Positions 40,271 to 51,336 of a DNA stretch of 64,000 nt are shown one piece after another. The notes below the pieces were generated by a model that ran no database searches, was not told where the DNA came from, and was given only the letters and a program-made list of their open reading frames with translations. The stretch comes from a virus. The stretch covers positions 1-64,000 of the IMG/VR virus record IMGVR_UViG_3300044837_000085. The stretch is one strand, 5' to 3'. The stretch's first letter is position 1; every line of letters begins with the position of its first letter. The position numbers and the translations under genes were made by a program.

Positions 40271-41401
40271 TCATGCTGAAACGCCTGCCAGTTTGAGCAA
40301 TGAGCCGATGATGCTGCGCGTTCGTTCTGGATGGAAAACTTCATCGAGATCGAGATCGCGCGGGTGACTGTCGAGACAGATCGGCAACGGGTAGACCGGC
40401 GGATCATCGAAATCGCCGACATCATCCGGCTCTTTGATTTCCTCGAAGAGCGATTGGAAATTTGGCGCTGCATGGCGCTCAACTTTTGGAAGCGGTGGCG
40501 AGATTTTGTCCTTGCACCGACGCGCTGCGTAAACGGAAAAGAGTTCGGGTATGTATTGCGTCTCGGAATCAGGAATTGATGCGCCATGCGAGGCTCCCGG
40601 TGGCGCCCGGTATGTGACGGCCCTCGCTGCTAGATCATCGGCGTTGCAGTCCTTTCCGATGACCTCGACCTTCTTAGGTGCGCTCTTACCCGAGCCCGCG
40701 TCCACTTCAGATGCTCGGCTGTTTTCGCTTCCGGTCTCGCAAAGTGGCTTGGAGATCGGACCTAGTGCTGCGGTCGGTATTGAATTAGCTGCCCCGAAAA
40801 TATCGCGTTCGGGGCCACACGCGGCAGGAGCTGTACTGCTTGCCGATCCCGCGTTCAGGGATGTGTTTTCAAGTGCGGTCGGCGCTTCATCTAAATCTAA
40901 AGCCGATGTTATAAATGAAGGAGTTATAGGGTCATGGCAGCCTCCTGCGTTGGCCCGGTCGATCGACATCCCTGATGCAATCGATGGGCTGGGCCTTGCG
41001 GGCACATCATGGCCTTCGCAAGGGATTCCTGAATTAGAAAAAGCGGCGGGCGCTGGAATTTGCAGGTCAGCGCCCGCCGAATTCGGTGCATCAACCTGGG
41101 CAGGTAGTGACGCGACCGAGTCTGAATTGGAAAAATCGGCTGGTGCAGAAGGGGGAGCAACGGCACCAGCCGCCGACGCGTCACAAGGGGCGGCCGAGGA
41201 CGCGGCGGATAGGGATTCGCCCGCTGCATATACCGATGTCTCCAACGGCACGGCCTCTCCCGAAGGCAGAGGTTCGAAAGGGACAGCGGGCGAAACAGGA
41301 ATAACAACGGTCGCCGCCACGGGGGTTAGGGCATGGGAGACGACGACCGTATCCGCGCTGGTGGCGGAATTGAATTCGAATGGATTAGGAAGCTTCGTCA
41401 T
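40271..41401 (-). CDS. low-complexity Ala/Ser/Pro-rich hypothetical protein
   Basis: 376-aa ORF overlapping neighbours by 4 nt. Confidence 0.45.
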   Translation of the reverse strand: MTKLPNPFEFNSATSADTVVVSHALTPVAATVVIPVSPAVPFEPLPSGEAVPLETSVYAAGESLSAASSAAPCDASAAGAVAPPSAPADFSNSDSVASLPAQVDAPNSAGADLQIPAPAAFSNSGIPCEGHDVPARPSPSIASGMSIDRANAGGCHDPITPSFITSALDLDEAPTALENTSLNAGSASSTAPAACGPERDIFGAANSIPTAALGPISKPLCETGSENSRASEVDAGSGKSAPKKVEVIGKDCNADDLAARAVTYRAPPGASHGASIPDSETQYIPELFSVYAARRCKDKISPPLPKVERHAAPNFQSLFEEIKEPDDVGDFDDPPVYPLPICLDSHPRDLDLDEVFHPERTRSIIGSLLKLAGVSA

Positions 41402-42584
41402 GCTTCCACCTTTTGAGAAGCGGAGCGGAGGATTTCATGAGCGAATTCGATAGAAGTCTCGCGCTCTGTGACAGGACGAAAACGATCGAGGCGGAAACTA
41501 GGCTCCGAATCCTCTGCGTTAAGCCAAGATGCAACGGGGTTACGAAGTTCCTCAAGCAGCACACCAACAGTGTTTACTGCAGTGATGAATGGCAGATCGC
41601 GAATAGTGTAAATATTTCCGCGCACCGGATACATGCGGAAGAGGACGAAGCGTTCATCCATGGAATCATCAACGCAAACCACTTTTTGCCCAACATGAAA
41701 TGTCATGCGCGCGTCCCCGGAGTGAATAAGGCGTAAGCCACGAGACACGCAGCCAGTAAGCCGAATGCGATTGGAGCGATATCGAGGATGAGTTGGAAGT
41801 AGGTCATGAAGCACCCCGTTGAAATGGTGCGACGTTAGTTGTGTTGCGTGGAAGGTTTTCAGCGATGTCGAAGTCGAAGCCATACGGCCCGGCTTCCGGA
41901 ATTGAGTTTCCGATGATGGCGGAGCATGTGACGCGGTCACGCGCCCTTCCCTGTCTAATCGACCTGGGCTGTTGGATGCTTGGGCCATCACCGGAACTGG
42001 AATTAAGCGCTCCGGCCACCGTTGGGGCTGAGTTGGTGACCGGAGCTATCGCATCCAACCGGACATCGGATGCAATCTGTAAAAGAATTGCTGAGATCAG
42101 CGCAGCTTCGCATTCGTCGCACAGCAGGAAGCCTAGCTCGACCTCAACCGCTGCGGGATGTGCGCATTCAGCGCATTGGAGGGTGCTGTTGCGATTCATG
42201 CGGCGTGACCAAATCTTGTTCCAAAACGGAACCGATTGTGGCGAGATGCCGAAAAAATATTTTTCAAATCCCAGTTGTGTAACGTGCCGTACACAGTCCA
42301 GAATACATCTCTTGCGTGCGGCAGGGGGTGACAATGGGTTCGCCAAAAATGGTCGATATTCCGGGCATTCCGGAATACTTCATGACGGAAGTTGGAAGGA
42401 CGGAAGGTGCGGGCGGCGACTGCGTCAGGATTTACAACTGTGTCGAGCGTGGCGGATTTTTGATCCCGCAATGCACAGTGATAATTCCGGCGAGAAGCCT
42501 GATCGTTGCGTCGCGCGTCGTTTCCGAGGCGGCGCAGAAGGTGTTCGCAATCGAGCATGCGGAAAAACGGCAACCGATCCGCCA

Positions 42585-42827
42585 TCACTGAGCCTCCCCG
42601 AATATTTTTTCGTGGGTCTCGATGAGGTCGGGGCGAAGGTCTTTTGCTGGGATGCCTGTTCGTTCGGCGATCCCCGGCAGAAGATGGGGCTCGATCTTCC
42701 GGATGCCCTTTTCCCATCGAGCAACGGTGGTTTTGGAGACGCGAAGCTTGCGCGCCAGGTCCGCCTTGGTGAGCGGCGGCGTCTGGCTTTGCCTGTAGAT
42801 TCGGAGGGGATGCACGGCGGCGTTCAT
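42585..42827 (-). CDS. Cro-like XRE repressor
   Basis: LTKADLARKLRVSKTTVARWEKG...DLRPDL. Confidence 0.85.
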   Translation of the reverse strand: MNAAVHPLRIYRQSQTPPLTKADLARKLRVSKTTVARWEKGIRKIEPHLLPGIAERTGIPAKDLRPDLIETHEKIFGEAQ

Positions 42828-42836
42828 GCGCCATTG

Positions 42837-42930
42837 GTAACCGCTCCGGTCACGATCCGTCAAGAGGGAAAGTGACCATTCCGGACACTTTTTTTGTGGG
42901 TGGATCGGCTACAGTAACCGGCATGGTTAC
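42837..42930. promoter_or_regulatory. three 17-bp operators and the leftward promoter
   Basis: gtaaccgctccggtcac 42837, gtgaccattccggacac 42872, gtaaccggcatggttac 42914; TTGACG on minus strand at 42858-42863. Confidence 0.8.
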
Positions 42931-43246
42931 CCGTTCTAAGCCTCAGATCGTCTATCCTCGCCTATGGCGGAAGTTCATGGGCGTTAAGCCAGGACTGCTT
43001 GCCGCGGCCCTAAAGATAGATGAAAAGTCCTATTTCAGGCTTGAGCGAGAGACGTGGCGGATCGAGCTGCCGGAACTCGCGATTCTCGCCAAGGTCATTG
43101 GCATAAGGATAGAGCAGCTATTCTGGCCGCCGCCGAAGCCTGGGGAAAAGCCGGTTGTTAGCTTGGACGAACTAGCCAAGGAGGCCACCCCGGAGAAGCG
43201 GGCCGCGATAGTGGGTGCCGTCAGGGGCATTTTGGGTAGTAGCTAG
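42923..43246 (+). CDS. CI-like XRE repressor without peptidase domain
   Basis: divergent from cro; LAAALKIDEKSYFRLER HTH. Confidence 0.75.
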   Translation: MVTRSKPQIVYPRLWRKFMGVKPGLLAAALKIDEKSYFRLERETWRIELPELAILAKVIGIRIEQLFWPPPKPGEKPVVSLDELAKEATPEKRAAIVGAVRGILGSS

Positions 43247-43270
43247 GGCCAGTGTCCAATTCGAATCGCG

Positions 43271-43299
43271 AAAAGCCCGCCTTTTGGCGGGTTTTTATT
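43271..43299 (+). terminator. rho-independent terminator
   Basis: aaaagcccgcc-tttt-ggcgggtttttatt. Confidence 0.85.
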
Positions 43300-43313
43300 G
43301 CGTCCAAAAATAA

Positions 43314-43368
43314 GTAGCCGCTCCGGTCACTTTTGCTATTGACGAATGGTGACCAACGCGGTTACCTT
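43314..43368 (+). promoter_or_regulatory. rightward promoter with two operators
   Basis: gtagccgctccggtcac 43314, TTGACG 43339, gtgaccaacgcggttac 43349. Confidence 0.8.
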
Positions 43369-44144
43369 CTCCCCACGCTCGGCAAATCCCCGCTGAGTGG
43401 TCTGGGAGTGGCAGATGGCCGATGGGAATTTTTCGATCAGTGACAGGACGCTAGCGAACTTCTCTAAAATCCTGCGCGACCGCTCGCTTTGGCCAACATG
43501 GTTTGTTGAATGGGATTATGGCGATTGCGGCAAATGCGCGATGGGCTTGGCCTGCGCCGTTTGGGGAGGACCGTATCCATGCGCGCTTGCCATGGCCCAA
43601 ATGTTTTCGTTTCCGTTGCGCGATGCAAAGACAATCTTTCTTGGCGCACATCACATTCTCGGCGTTCGGTTTTCGAGCATCACGCCTGAGAATATCGCCG
43701 ACCTGATCGACCGTCGTCTCCAGCCCGTCGTCTTGCACAAAACGGATATCAGCGCGCTGAAGGCTCTCTTGCTCCCCGGCGCTAAGATTCCAGAGGGCGC
43801 ACAGTAGTCATGTCCGACGCCGCCACCATCACCCACGCGATGTGCGAATTGGATGAGCGGATTTCGCGCGGCGAAGGAAGCTTGCTCTATGCAATCTCGC
43901 GACCGGGTCCGGGCGGTTCGAAGCACTCGCACATGCTGCGCGTCATGTCGATTTCATATCCGGACGCGGATTATCCATGGATTGAAGTTTCGGAGCCGGG
44001 AGGCTGCGGCTGCGTAGCGCGGATTTCGCTGGCCCAACTGGCGCACGTCCTGATCAACACGTCGATGCCGGAGCTTCTTGGCTTGGCTGCGCGCGAAGTC
44101 TGTCCGCATGGACACCCTCATCACGGCGAGAGGGACGAGCAAGC

Positions 44145-44861
44145 ATGACCGACGCCGCCACCATATCCCTAGACGTTACCCCAGCAATGGCGGAACTGCT
44201 GCGCGCGGGTGCGGCGGATGCGCGTGGGTTGTGCTGCAGTCCGGGTCGGGTGGAAAAGAATTTCGCGACACTGCATGAATGCGAGAAACTTGGATTTATC
44301 CGGTTTCTCGATATCGAGCGTCCATGGATTACGGATAAGGGCCGGGCCGCAATAGGCGAGCCCTCGGGCGCCGAAGCTAGCCTGGCTCGTCTGCGAGCGT
44401 TTTCGCGAGAGCGTCGCAGGCTCGAGCCAGAGAAGCGGGCCGATCCGCGAACGGACTTCGACTACCGCGCCTATAAATCAATGAACTGGGTTTGCACGCT
44501 CGCCATCCGCCAGCCCGATCCGCGCGAGAAGCCGCAGACGATTCGCGTCGGGAAGTCGCTGCACAGCGAAGCGCAATATCTCGGCGGCAAAAATTCAATC
44601 GTCCAGCCGGAGAGCGAAGGACGGTTCGTGCTCACGCTTGTGCCGAACTGGATGACGCGACCGATCACGAAGCTGGGGCGCTTGGCGCCTGCAATCTTCT
44701 CAAGCTATCCACTCGCGCTCGATCCCGACGATCCGGATTTCACGGAGGAGGAACGCGCGCTTTGGGATCGACTGCGGAACGTTTGTTTTTCAGTCAACTC
44801 CCGCATCCGGAATGCGGGTCGGCGTCCGCATGAGAAGCGTCGTTTCGGGGAGTATGCGTAA
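44145..44861 (+). CDS. hypothetical protein
   Basis: 238-aa ORF, translationally coupled. Confidence 0.6.
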   Translation: MTDAATISLDVTPAMAELLRAGAADARGLCCSPGRVEKNFATLHECEKLGFIRFLDIERPWITDKGRAAIGEPSGAEASLARLRAFSRERRRLEPEKRADPRTDFDYRAYKSMNWVCTLAIRQPDPREKPQTIRVGKSLHSEAQYLGGKNSIVQPESEGRFVLTLVPNWMTRPITKLGRLAPAIFSSYPLALDPDDPDFTEEERALWDRLRNVCFSVNSRIRNAGRRPHEKRRFGEYA

Positions 44862-45158
44862 TGAACAAGCATCTCGCGAACGTCGTTGCATTCCGCAAGC
44901 CGCTTGAAGCACTGCGGCGAGACGAGATCGTCCTGCGCGATTGTGGCATCAACGGTCAGTTCGTTCGGTTGAGGGACTGATGATGCATCCGGGATGGAAA
45001 GTATTCATGCAGGGTTGGGGTTGCGGCATGTTCATTGTCGCCACCATGGCGTGGTTAGCGCGCGGCGACATTCTAGGCGCGTCCGTCTGCGGAACGATTT
45101 TCATTCTGACGTTTGTATGCGGCGGGCTGAATGCGGATCGATTGAAACGGGTGGCAAC

Positions 45159-45623
45159 ATGACACTCCGTCAACGCGATCCGAGAATTAGGGACGATCTT
45201 CATTTGAAGTTTGTCCGCGGGAAACCCTGCTGTGTCTGCGGGTCAATGCGCGAAGTTGAAGCAGCTCACTTACGCATGCGACGTCCGGGCAAGGAATCGG
45301 GATTGGGCGAGAAGCCGCATGATTTTTTTGTGACTCCATTGTGTGCGTACCACCACCGCACAGGCATTCTAGCGCAACACAAAATTTCGGAAGAGCACTT
45401 CTGGTTCGAAATTCACGGCCTCAACCCGTTCCAGATCGCATCCCGTCTCTGGATCGAATCCGGTGGCGCAGCGCGAGCGCTTGAACCGAAGCCCGCGAAA
45501 CGTCCCCGCAAGATCGCTGCACGCAAGCCGCAAGAACAGCGCGCTAAGATCCGGTCACGCGCCACGTTCCCGCAAGGACGCAAGCTTCAATCTCGCGGTT
45601 TCGAGCGGGGGAGGCCCGCATGA
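45159..45623 (+). CDS. DUF968-like HNH-type nuclease
   Basis: HLKFVR.KPCCVCG...EAAHLR...KPHD....PLC..HH. Confidence 0.75.
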   Translation: MTLRQRDPRIRDDLHLKFVRGKPCCVCGSMREVEAAHLRMRRPGKESGLGEKPHDFFVTPLCAYHHRTGILAQHKISEEHFWFEIHGLNPFQIASRLWIESGGAARALEPKPAKRPRKIAARKPQEQRAKIRSRATFPQGRKLQSRGFERGRPA

Positions 45624-45976
45624 CCTCCCTCGCCTATCCCGTCACACAGCCCGTTGAATTCTGGACGTACAGCAACGATGCGCGCGAGACCTGGCCACAA
45701 TGGGTGCAGCGCCGAACGATCACGATCGACGGCGAGTTGGTGCATGAGCACTGGTCCGGCCGGCAGGTGTTGTATCGCGGTGAGACTTTGGTTCGCGAAC
45801 TCGACGGCGCGCAGAATTTTTATACGCCCAGTGAGTTTGAAGGAGCGTTTGAAGTGAGACCAGCATGATCGACCTCCTGCAAGACATCTTCTGCATCCTG
45901 GCTGTGCCGACGATTCTATTGGGTATTGCTGTAGCGCGCGAGTATGGGCTCGCACGGTGTTGAAGGAAGAGGGCTG

Positions 45977-46303
45977 ATGGCTAACTGGCAAAGAACGCTT
46001 CGCCTCAACCCCGAGTGGGAGCAGGCGCAAGAGCATGAAATTTCAACGCAGGAATTGGCTGGAGCGGTGGCTACAAAGCTGAAACTGCTCAAGCCATTTA
46101 AGGCCGAATGGGATGACATCAATACCGAGCGCGACGACATCGCTGATGAATTTCTCAATCTCGCTGAGGACGAGGCCGCCACGCAGCAGAACTTCAATTA
46201 TGTGATGCAGTCGCTCTATGACTGGGGCGACCAGCGTCTCGACGGTGATTGGAACGGCAAGAAAGTTTGCTGGATCGATACCATGTCAAAGGTGCCCGCA
46301 TGA
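45977..46303 (+). CDS. hypothetical phage protein
   Basis: ...LYDWGD...KVCWI. Confidence 0.6.
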   Translation: MANWQRTLRLNPEWEQAQEHEISTQELAGAVATKLKLLKPFKAEWDDINTERDDIADEFLNLAEDEAATQQNFNYVMQSLYDWGDQRLDGDWNGKKVCWIDTMSKVPA

Positions 46304-46378
46304 CCCCGTGACCGGGCCACTCACGGCAAGTTGACGAATTTCCCGCGCCTCGGGGACTCAGGGGCAGGAGAAGAGAAG

Positions 46379-46687
46379 ATGATTAACCACCCTAACCGCA
46401 GCAAGCAAAATGGAGAACGCGCCGTTATCGTCACGACCGCGCACCGAGGCGTGTTCTTCGGCTACGCCGAAGATACGGACGGCGACGTTATCAAGCTGCG
46501 CGGAGCCAGGAATTGCGTCTACTGGTCAACCGGCGTCCGTGGTTTCATGGGTCTTGCCGCCACTGGACCGGACAAACAATCGAAAGTTGGTCCCGCCGCT
46601 GACATCGAAGTGCGCCAAATCACTAGCGTGATCGAGTGCACTCCGGGTGCCGTTAAGGCTTGGGAGGCTGCGCCATGGAGCCGGTAA
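46379..46687 (+). CDS. DUF6948-like phage protein
   Basis: VIVTTAHRGVFFG...AR....W...G...LA..GP; precedes Gly-repeat gene. Confidence 0.65.
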   Translation: MINHPNRSKQNGERAVIVTTAHRGVFFGYAEDTDGDVIKLRGARNCVYWSTGVRGFMGLAATGPDKQSKVGPAADIEVRQITSVIECTPGAVKAWEAAPWSR

Positions 46688-47346
46688 TTCTTAGAGGCGA
46701 ACCGGCGAAGCTGGCGAGCCTTTACGGCTCCGGCTCCGGCTCCGGCTACGGCTCCGGCGACGGCGACGGCTCCGGCTCCGGCTCCGGCTCCGGCTACGGC
46801 TACGGCTACGGCTCCGGCTCCGGCTCCGGCTACGGCTACGGCTACGGCTACGGCTCCGGCGACGGCGACGGCTACGGCTCCGGCTCCGGCGACGGCTCCG
46901 GCTCCGGCTCCGGCTACGGCTACGGCTCCGGCTCCGGCTCCGGCTACGGCTCCGGCTACGGCTACGGCTCCGGCTCCGGCTACGGCTCCGGCTCCAAAGA
47001 CTATTGGCAAGCCACTATTCTTAACTTCGCGGCTAAATGGCCAGAAGCCCAGCGCGCAAGGCTAACCGACGCGAAGTTAAGCGGAGCAACGATCGCCTTT
47101 TGGCGATCGAGCGACAAGGGTCTCCCGTCAAACGGCGGCGGGAAGATCGAGCCCGCTGCGCCCGGCGTGATCCATACCGCACCAGGGCCACTGCAAACCT
47201 GCCACAGCGGTACGCTGCACGCGACGCTGATCCCACCGAAATGGGAGGGGGCGCGCTGGTGGATCGTCGCGCTTCATGGCGAAGTCGTCGGTGATGAAGA
47301 AAAGTATGGCTGCCTGAAGCGTGAAATCTTGGGCGAGGCGACATGA
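46675..47346 (+). CDS. Gly-Ser/Tyr/Asp repeat protein
   Basis: (G-[SYD])n tract followed by a globular domain. Confidence 0.7.
   Translation: MEPVILRGEPAKLASLYGSGSGSGYGSGDGDGSGSGSGSGYGYGYGSGSGSGYGYGYGYGSGDGDGYGSGSGDGSGSGSGYGYGSGSGSGYGSGYGYGSGSGYGSGSKDYWQATILNFAAKWPEAQRARLTDAKLSGATIAFWRSSDKGLPSNGGGKIEPAAPGVIHTAPGPLQTCHSGTLHATLIPPKWEGARWWIVALHGEVVGDEEKYGCLKREILGEAT
46726..46995 (+). repeat. coding hexamer tandem repeat GGC(TCC/TAC/GAC)
   Basis: about 45 in-frame units. Confidence 0.95.
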
Positions 47347-48375
47347 CCCCGACACCGAGCACCCCAGCCATTATTCGGGAGGTAGAAATGACATCGGATA
47401 CCTATGCCGGTTTGGTCGTATCGACGGTCGCTATCGCGGCTCTTGCTGCGGCTTGGTGGTTCGCATGACCGCTGCACCTAACAGCATTCAGCCTAACATT
47501 GTGGAACGCATTCGTTCGCGCATCCATGATGCGCCTATGCCGATTGAGCATCTTCTGGACGAGGCCGCCGACCGCATCGAGGCGCTTAGGTTCATCAAGC
47601 CATGACCGGCTCCGTCCCGTTTTATCTGTTCTGCGCGGGTGCGGTCCTGCTGTTCGTCGCCGTTTGGCTGGACGGAAAGTACGACTGGATATTCAAGACA
47701 TGGCCATGGTGGTTGCCCATTACGTTCGCGGCAATCGTTCTGGTGCAGATGGAAACATTCCGATGATCGACATTCTCCAGAACTGGTTCTGCATCCTGGC
47801 AGTCCCGACCGCGCTTTTCTGGTACGTCCGCGCAAATGAATTGAGGCAGAGCCGATGACGATAGTTTGCAGCCGTTGCAACGGCCCACACATGCGATCAG
47901 AGTGTCCGACGACAGGGCTACGGCCATTCTCCACTGACACCACCAAAGTCCTCGATGAGGCTCGGCTCCCGGCGCAGGAGGTGTTTGAGGCGTTCGCTTC
48001 AATCTCGCGTGCTGTGTACCGCATTCGCGAATGGGCAAAGGGCGAAGGTCCGTACTCTGAGTTCATCAAAGAGGCGGCTATTATCGAGCGCCGCCTAGAA
48101 CAAATCGTCCTCGCCCTTCCCTTGCACGGTGTTGCCCAATCTGCACCGGAGCCTCAAACGCTCGCCGGCATGATCCATGCGATTTACGATGGTATGGACG
48201 CTGAAGATTGTTCTTTCATTGATTTTGAATGGGCGAGACAGCGCGGCTACATCTTGCCCGACAACGGCGCTGGTAAGCTTGCCCAAGCGGAAACAGAGCA
48301 CGTTAAGGCGATTATCCGGTACTTGACTGGTGCCCGTGCGCCATGGCATAGGATTCTCCGACAGGGCGGCGCTGC

Positions 48376-49062
48376 TTATTTAGGGTCCCAAGGAACTTGC
48401 CGTTCGGTTGGCCATCCGGGGAACGGCTTTCTGACTAGCGGCTGTTCTTGCCATCCAACGATCACCGCTGGACTTGGGATGTCCGGCGATGGCTCCATCG
48501 GTAAGTATCTGCCGATGCTCAAGCCGGTGCTCTCCGCTAGGGCTGTCATCATCTTACTGGCTAATTCCTCTTTTGGTTCGTACACGAGAACTCCAAAAAA
48601 GGCCCCTGGAATGAATGTGTACAGTGGCTTCCACTCGGACTTAACGCCCGCCTTATGCAGCGCAATTGTAAGCACTACGCCAAAACGTTGCGCTTCTCGA
48701 TCAGGGATTGAATACACGTTTAGCTCTGTGACCATGCCTTTAATTTTGGCCACGAACTTTTCAATTTGCTCTGCGTTGATATCTCTAGGCTCAGTTTCCT
48801 TTAGAAGAGCAAGACGGGCGCCCCTTTCGATTTCTAGTTTTTTATTTGCTTCAAGTGTATCCGCCTCAGAGATCGCCGCTCTTTGGTGGAGATCAGCAAT
48901 GCTTTCTTCAAAATCGTGGTCGCGGACGCGAGTTCCGAGCCACAATAACCCGACGCCACACATTGTGATGACCGCCCCCGCGACGGAGGCGCGCCATCCC
49001 CATGCGTAAAACTGATTCGCGCGATCAATTGAAATATCAAAAAAATCGGCAATCCATCCCAT
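48376..49062 (-). CDS. IS passenger membrane-anchored protein
   Basis: single TM segment then coiled coil. Confidence 0.65.
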   Translation of the reverse strand: MGWIADFFDISIDRANQFYAWGWRASVAGAVITMCGVGLLWLGTRVRDHDFEESIADLHQRAAISEADTLEANKKLEIERGARLALLKETEPRDINAEQIEKFVAKIKGMVTELNVYSIPDREAQRFGVVLTIALHKAGVKSEWKPLYTFIPGAFFGVLVYEPKEELASKMMTALAESTGLSIGRYLPMEPSPDIPSPAVIVGWQEQPLVRKPFPGWPTERQVPWDPK

Positions 49063-49127
49063 GGGGTCCGCTCGCCTTAATAGCTTTTGCCCTTTTGTGG
49101 GGGTGGTTGATGTTATGGCTTAGTTTC

Positions 49128-50039
49128 TCAGCACCCCTCAATCGCCGTTCCGAAAATGTCATCGTTGAAGCGATTATTATACCTGAATTGGAACTCTGCA
49201 ACGTAAAGTGGCAAATACTTGGCGCTGACTTTGTGAAACGAACCAACGATACCGCGCTTGAAGATCGACCAGAAGCCCTCAATCGTTTGAGTATGCACCG
49301 CGCCGACAACGTACTGCCCCTTGGCATGATCGACGGTCGCGTGAGGAAATTTCACGCCAAGGTGCTTGTAGCCCGCCCAACTATCGGTGCAGAGCAAACT
49401 AACCTTATCCGAGACGGCTTCGTTCACGAACGCTTCCAACGTGGTGGCGCGGACGTTCTCGATCACGCGGGCGATGATGCTACCCTTGCGGCGCACTGCA
49501 CCAGCAACAATCTCTTTCCCAACACCTCCGGTCCCGAGACCCTTTCCGCGCTTGTCCTTGTGCTTGTTCTTGGCGAGACCGCCGATCAGGGTTTCGTCAA
49601 CTTCGACAATGCCGCCCAGCTTGGTTTCGGGTTCGATCAGAGCCGCGCGGATTTTGTGACACATGGAATGCGCGGTTTCGTAAGAGCCGAACCCCATGTG
49701 GCGTTGAACTTGGAGCGCGCTGATACCCTTTTTGCTGGTGAGCATGAGATGCACCACCTTGAACCACTGGCGAAGCGGCTTGTTGGTGTTCTCGAAAATG
49801 GTGCCCGCGATATGCGAGAAGCGATAACCGCCGCCCTTGACCGTCTCACACTCGTAGCACTGCCATTTAAGGCTCATCGTTTTGACGGGGAAAACGTTGA
49901 CGTTGCCGCAACGGGGGCAGTTAACCCCATCGGGCCAGCGGCGCTTAACCAGATACTCACCGCAAGCCTGTTCATCGGGGAACATGGCTTCAAACTGGCC
50001 TTCGGTAAGCTGGTGAACTGGCTTAGGTCTGCGGGCCAT
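49128..50039 (-). CDS. IS1595-family transposase
   Basis: CPRCG..CYEC, VEVDETLIGG, CTD, TQTIEGFWS, EFQFRYNNR. Confidence 0.95.
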   Translation of the reverse strand: MARRPKPVHQLTEGQFEAMFPDEQACGEYLVKRRWPDGVNCPRCGNVNVFPVKTMSLKWQCYECETVKGGGYRFSHIAGTIFENTNKPLRQWFKVVHLMLTSKKGISALQVQRHMGFGSYETAHSMCHKIRAALIEPETKLGGIVEVDETLIGGLAKNKHKDKRGKGLGTGGVGKEIVAGAVRRKGSIIARVIENVRATTLEAFVNEAVSDKVSLLCTDSWAGYKHLGVKFPHATVDHAKGQYVVGAVHTQTIEGFWSIFKRGIVGSFHKVSAKYLPLYVAEFQFRYNNRFNDDIFGTAIEGC

Positions 50040-51042
50040 TTGGCTCCCCCTGTCTATAGAGGCCAATATGGCATGTAATTCTAGACCAGTCAAGTCCCGG
50101 ATAATCGCCCACGTTAAAACCCTTCAAAGGCTTGTCACGGAATACAAAGCCCGTGCGATCGAAGTAGCGCGCGTGGGTGCCCAATCTGCACCAGAGCCCG
50201 GTGACTTGGCCACTCGCGGCGCAATCGCTCAGACATTCCTGGATGAGTGCTACGACGGTTGCGACAGCCACGACTTGGCCGACATCATGCTCAAGCACTG
50301 GGACGTGCGTTGGAAGGCATCCCAGATCTCATCGACTCTGCGCTCATCCCCCTCGGAGAAAGAATAATGCCGAATAGCAAGATCAGAGCGCAGCAACGCG
50401 TGAATTCGAGAAAGCTTGACGAGGAAGGAATGCTGTTAGTCCGGCAACGAAATTTTCCGAAGCCGACCAATTCGGTCAGCCTGCGCTATCGCAGCGAAAG
50501 AGAAATTGACCGGCGCAAACGCCAGATCGCGCGAGGGCAGCTTACGGAAAGCAACGGACTGGCGGTTTCCTCCACACCTCTTGGAGGCGGCAAGTGAGCT
50601 ACGTCACGGTCGGTCAAATCCTAGATGCTCACGCTCAGTTCGGCCAGCTTGATCTTGAAATGGTCAAAAGGGCGATGGGGCCAAATTTTCCCGAGAGCTG
50701 GAACATCATTCCGAATGGTCAGGGAATTTTCAAGGCCGCATCCCTACACACTCCGGCAGATCGCCAGAGTGAGGCGTCATGACCATATTTAAATCTGAGG
50801 GCTTGTCGTCGGCTGCGATCGAGATGATCGGCCAGCTCTACGTCAGCGGCCCCACATGGGACGGCAATGTCTGTTCAAAGCAGGGGCGTGGTGAGCTTTG
50901 CCGCGCCGGGCTGGCATGGCACGAACACGGCTATGCCTCGCTGACCCCGGAGGGCGTTCGGACAGCCGTTGAATGGCCTATTGCAGACCTCCGGCGCCGT
51001 CACGACGACCGCTGGCTCAAGAAGCGAAGGGAGTCCTGACCT

Positions 51043-51336
51043 ATGGAACACGCAATAACCGTCGAATTCATCAGCCATAAGCGCAAAGCACAGTGCGCGC
51101 CAAACCCGGCCTATCCGAACGGCATTGACCTGGACCTGACGGACGGCGCGAAGGTCGCTTGTTTGGCTGACTTACCCTATCCAGCCGAATGCTGCGGCGT
51201 TCTGATCGTGCGCTGTCAGAAGTGCGGATCAGGGCACGCTATCACAACCGCCGGCCGCACCGATGACCCGAAGTCGGTCAAGCTTCCGTGCCACGGGGCA
51301 TCCTCTGTGTCTTCGCAGGAGCAAAAGACCCCATGA
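51043..51336 (+). CDS. hypothetical Cys-rich phage protein
   Basis: PNPAYPNGIDLD...LPYPA.CCG...TTAGR.DDP. Confidence 0.6.
   Translation: MEHAITVEFISHKRKAQCAPNPAYPNGIDLDLTDGAKVACLADLPYPAECCGVLIVRCQKCGSGHAITTAGRTDDPKSVKLPCHGASSVSSQEQKTP

Larger units (their letters stand above)
48307..50109 (-). mobile_element. IS1595-family element with one passenger gene
   Basis: 25-bp TIR ggcgattatccgg(t/g)acttgactggt; 8-bp TSD cacgttaa (48299-48306, 50110-50117). Confidence 0.95.
47855..50367 (+). pseudogene. phage gene interrupted by IS1595
   Basis: ...AETEHVK joins TLQRLVTEYKAR...; AQSAPEP occurs in both halves. Confidence 0.75.

Noticed and set aside
46726-46995. GGC-NNN repeat as a second guide array
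   Set aside because: Period 6, only three unit types, in frame within a Gly-X protein
46519-47010. Ala-Gly-Val repeat ORF on minus strand
   Set aside because: Reverse complement of the Gly-X repeat gene
49002-50078. 358-aa + strand ORF, and the 47855-49009 extension
   Set aside because: Antisense shadows of IS1595 genes
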